Virus record (IMG/VR): IMGVR_UViG_3300017553_000155
Coordinates: 1 to 45,337 of that record
Source: a virus
Taxonomy: Duplodnaviria > Caudoviricetes
Strand: one strand, 5' to 3'
DNA: 45,337 nt
The notes below the pieces were generated by a model, which was not told where the DNA came from, ran no database searches, and was given only the letters and a program-made list of their open reading frames with translations. The position numbers were made by a program, and so were the translations under genes. Below are positions 43,895 to 45,337 of this stretch, piece by piece; within the stretch, counting starts at the first letter, position 1, and every line of letters begins with the position of its first letter.

Positions 43895-45141
43895 AAGCGC
43901 CCGGTCTGAAAACCAGACCGAACAAGAGCGGACCACCCTCATATTATTGGGTGGCCGCCAATGTGACGAAGAAGGCAAAGGGGTTTCCGATGCCGACGCA
44001 GCGTCTCCACGGCACACCGGAGGAAATTCTCTTCCGGTGCGGCCAACTCACAGCCGAGCTTTATGAGTGGATGAACGGACAGGAAGCCAAGCCGGAATAT
44101 GACGGCAGTTTGAAATCCCTCATCGAGTTCTATCGTTTTACCGAAGAAAGCCCATATCACGCGATCAAACACAACACCCGCGCAATGTACGATGAAAGCC
44201 TCGATCTACTGATCAAGACAGTCGGCGGGCGCAAACTCGCATCATTGTCCGGCCTCGACTTCAATCGTTGGTATGCGAAGCTGAAAGAACCAGCCGAACA
44301 CACCGAGAAGGAACTCGCGGCGGCCAAGGAGGCAGGGATCAAACCTGAACCCAAGCCAGAGCGCATGCGCAGAGCGTACAAAGCAGTGCAAGTGCTTCGG
44401 ATTGTCGTCAAGTTCGGTGTGGTCGCAAATCTCAGCGATTGCGTCAGACTGGCCACCATCCTGCAGAACATGCGGTTTGCCTCACCACCAGCACGCACAC
44501 AGCAGATCACTTTCGAACAGGTGCAGGCGATCTGCACGGAAGCGCTTAAGCAGGGCAGGGTTTCTATTGCTATCGCGCAAGCTTTGCAGTTCGAGCTGAC
44601 ATTGCGTCAGGTCGATGTGATTGGTCTGTGGGAGCCATTGGCAAAAGGTGATGAAGGGAAGGGGATTATCTCAGCCCGTCGCCGCTGGACTGGCGGTCTC
44701 TTATGGAGCCATATCGATTCCAAAGGCGTCTTGAAGAAGATCACGACAAAGACTGGCCAAATCGCTGAACACGACACGACGGCTTATCCGTTTTTGCGGA
44801 CGCTGCTTGATGCTGTTCCAATGGAAAAGCGGATCGGACCAATCATCATCGATGAGCAATCCGGGCTGCCTTACCGTGATCGTCAGCGTTATGCGAAGGT
44901 CTGGCGCAAGATTGCAGAATCGTGCGGCGTGCCTAAAGAAGTATGGAACCGTGATAGTCGTGCCGGTGGTGTGACTGAAGGCTCTGATGCCGGTGCAAAT
45001 ATCGAACATCTTCGCCATCACGCGAACCATTCGAACATTGCCACGACGGGGAAATATAACCGTAACACTCTGGAGAAAACGCGCCGAGTTGCAGAGCTGC
45101 GCGTTGCTCATCGTACTACTGCAGAACACGACAAGAACTAA
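43885..45141 (+). CDS. int: Tyrosine integrase
   Basis: LRQVD, RDSRAGG, HANH, KYNR; TTG start with a GGAG RBS (the ORF-track upstream extension overlaps xis); adjacent to att. Confidence 0.9.
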   Translation: MDLKAPGLKTRPNKSGPPSYYWVAANVTKKAKGFPMPTQRLHGTPEEILFRCGQLTAELYEWMNGQEAKPEYDGSLKSLIEFYRFTEESPYHAIKHNTRAMYDESLDLLIKTVGGRKLASLSGLDFNRWYAKLKEPAEHTEKELAAAKEAGIKPEPKPERMRRAYKAVQVLRIVVKFGVVANLSDCVRLATILQNMRFASPPARTQQITFEQVQAICTEALKQGRVSIAIAQALQFELTLRQVDVIGLWEPLAKGDEGKGIISARRRWTGGLLWSHIDSKGVLKKITTKTGQIAEHDTTAYPFLRTLLDAVPMEKRIGPIIIDEQSGLPYRDRQRYAKVWRKIAESCGVPKEVWNRDSRAGGVTEGSDAGANIEHLRHHANHSNIATTGKYNRNTLEKTRRVAELRVAHRTTAEHDKN

Positions 45142-45145
45142 GTTT

Positions 45146-45174
45146 CAGAACGCTGTCAGAACGGCAGCAGAACG
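45146..45174 (+). promoter_or_regulatory. Putative integrase arm-type sites (CAGAACG x3, 11-bp period)
   Basis: CAGAACG at 45146, 45157 and 45168. Confidence 0.65.
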
Positions 45175-45214
45175 ACCCCAGAGGGGTTATCCTTTAAGCC
45201 GCTGAATATCTTAT

Positions 45215-45269
45215 AGAAAAATGGCGCACCCGAAAGGATTCGAACCTCTGACCCCCAGATTCGTAGTCT
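45215..45269. repeat. Right attachment site
   Basis: Identical to 1566-1620; overlaps the tRNA 3' end. Confidence 0.97.
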
Positions 45270-45298
45270 GGTGCTCTATCCAGCTGAGCTACGGGTGC
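45222..45298 (-). tRNA. tRNA-Arg (ACG)
   Basis: GCACCCGTAGCTCAGCTGGATAGAGCACCAGACT-ACG-AATCTGGGGGTCAGAGGTTCGAATCCTTTCGGGTGCGCCA; cloverleaf with encoded CCA. Confidence 0.97.
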
Positions 45299-45337
45299 TT
45301 GCCTTGTGTGCCGCTCGCTGCGGCGATGGGCGGTTGA

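Larger units (their letters stand above)
1566..45269. mobile_element. Complete temperate prophage (BPP-1-like podovirus virion, lambdoid regulation), ~43.6 kb, in tRNA-Arg
   Basis: 55-bp direct repeats at both ends, integrase next to the tRNA, and full head, tail, lysis, repressor and replication gene sets with no obvious frameshifts. Confidence 0.96.

Overview
Almost the whole window is one apparently intact temperate prophage of about 43.6 kb. It is integrated at the 3' end of a tRNA-Arg(ACG) gene, with a 55-bp att duplication at 1566-1620 and 45215-45269. The host is an alphaproteobacterium, probably Brucellaceae (Ochrobactrum/Brucella), judged from the GapR sequence; a host photolyase gene flanks the left end. 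The phage pairs a BPP-1-like podovirus virion module with a lambdoid control and replication module. Virion genes: terminase, portal, scaffold, capsid, cement, tail tube A/B, ejection proteins, beta-helical tail spike. Control genes: cI/cro with operators, O-like initiator with 11-bp-phased iterons, RecE/Sak4-like recombination, xis/int. Most notable: (1) a recurrent CCTGTGCTTTGC box fused to the -35 of six predicted late promoters, two apparently leaderless, implying an uncharacterised late-activation system; (2) an AT-rich cassette next to the tail spike encoding a repeat-RgpF-TagF fusion plus TagD, a candidate glycerol-phosphate/rhamnan surface-conversion system; (3) phage copies of host cell-cycle regulators (GcrA, GapR) beside a methyltransferase-like gene with an altered catalytic motif; (4) an AlpA-XRE fusion preceded by four 10-bp-phased repeats. 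All family calls come from motif recognition by eye; no searches were run.
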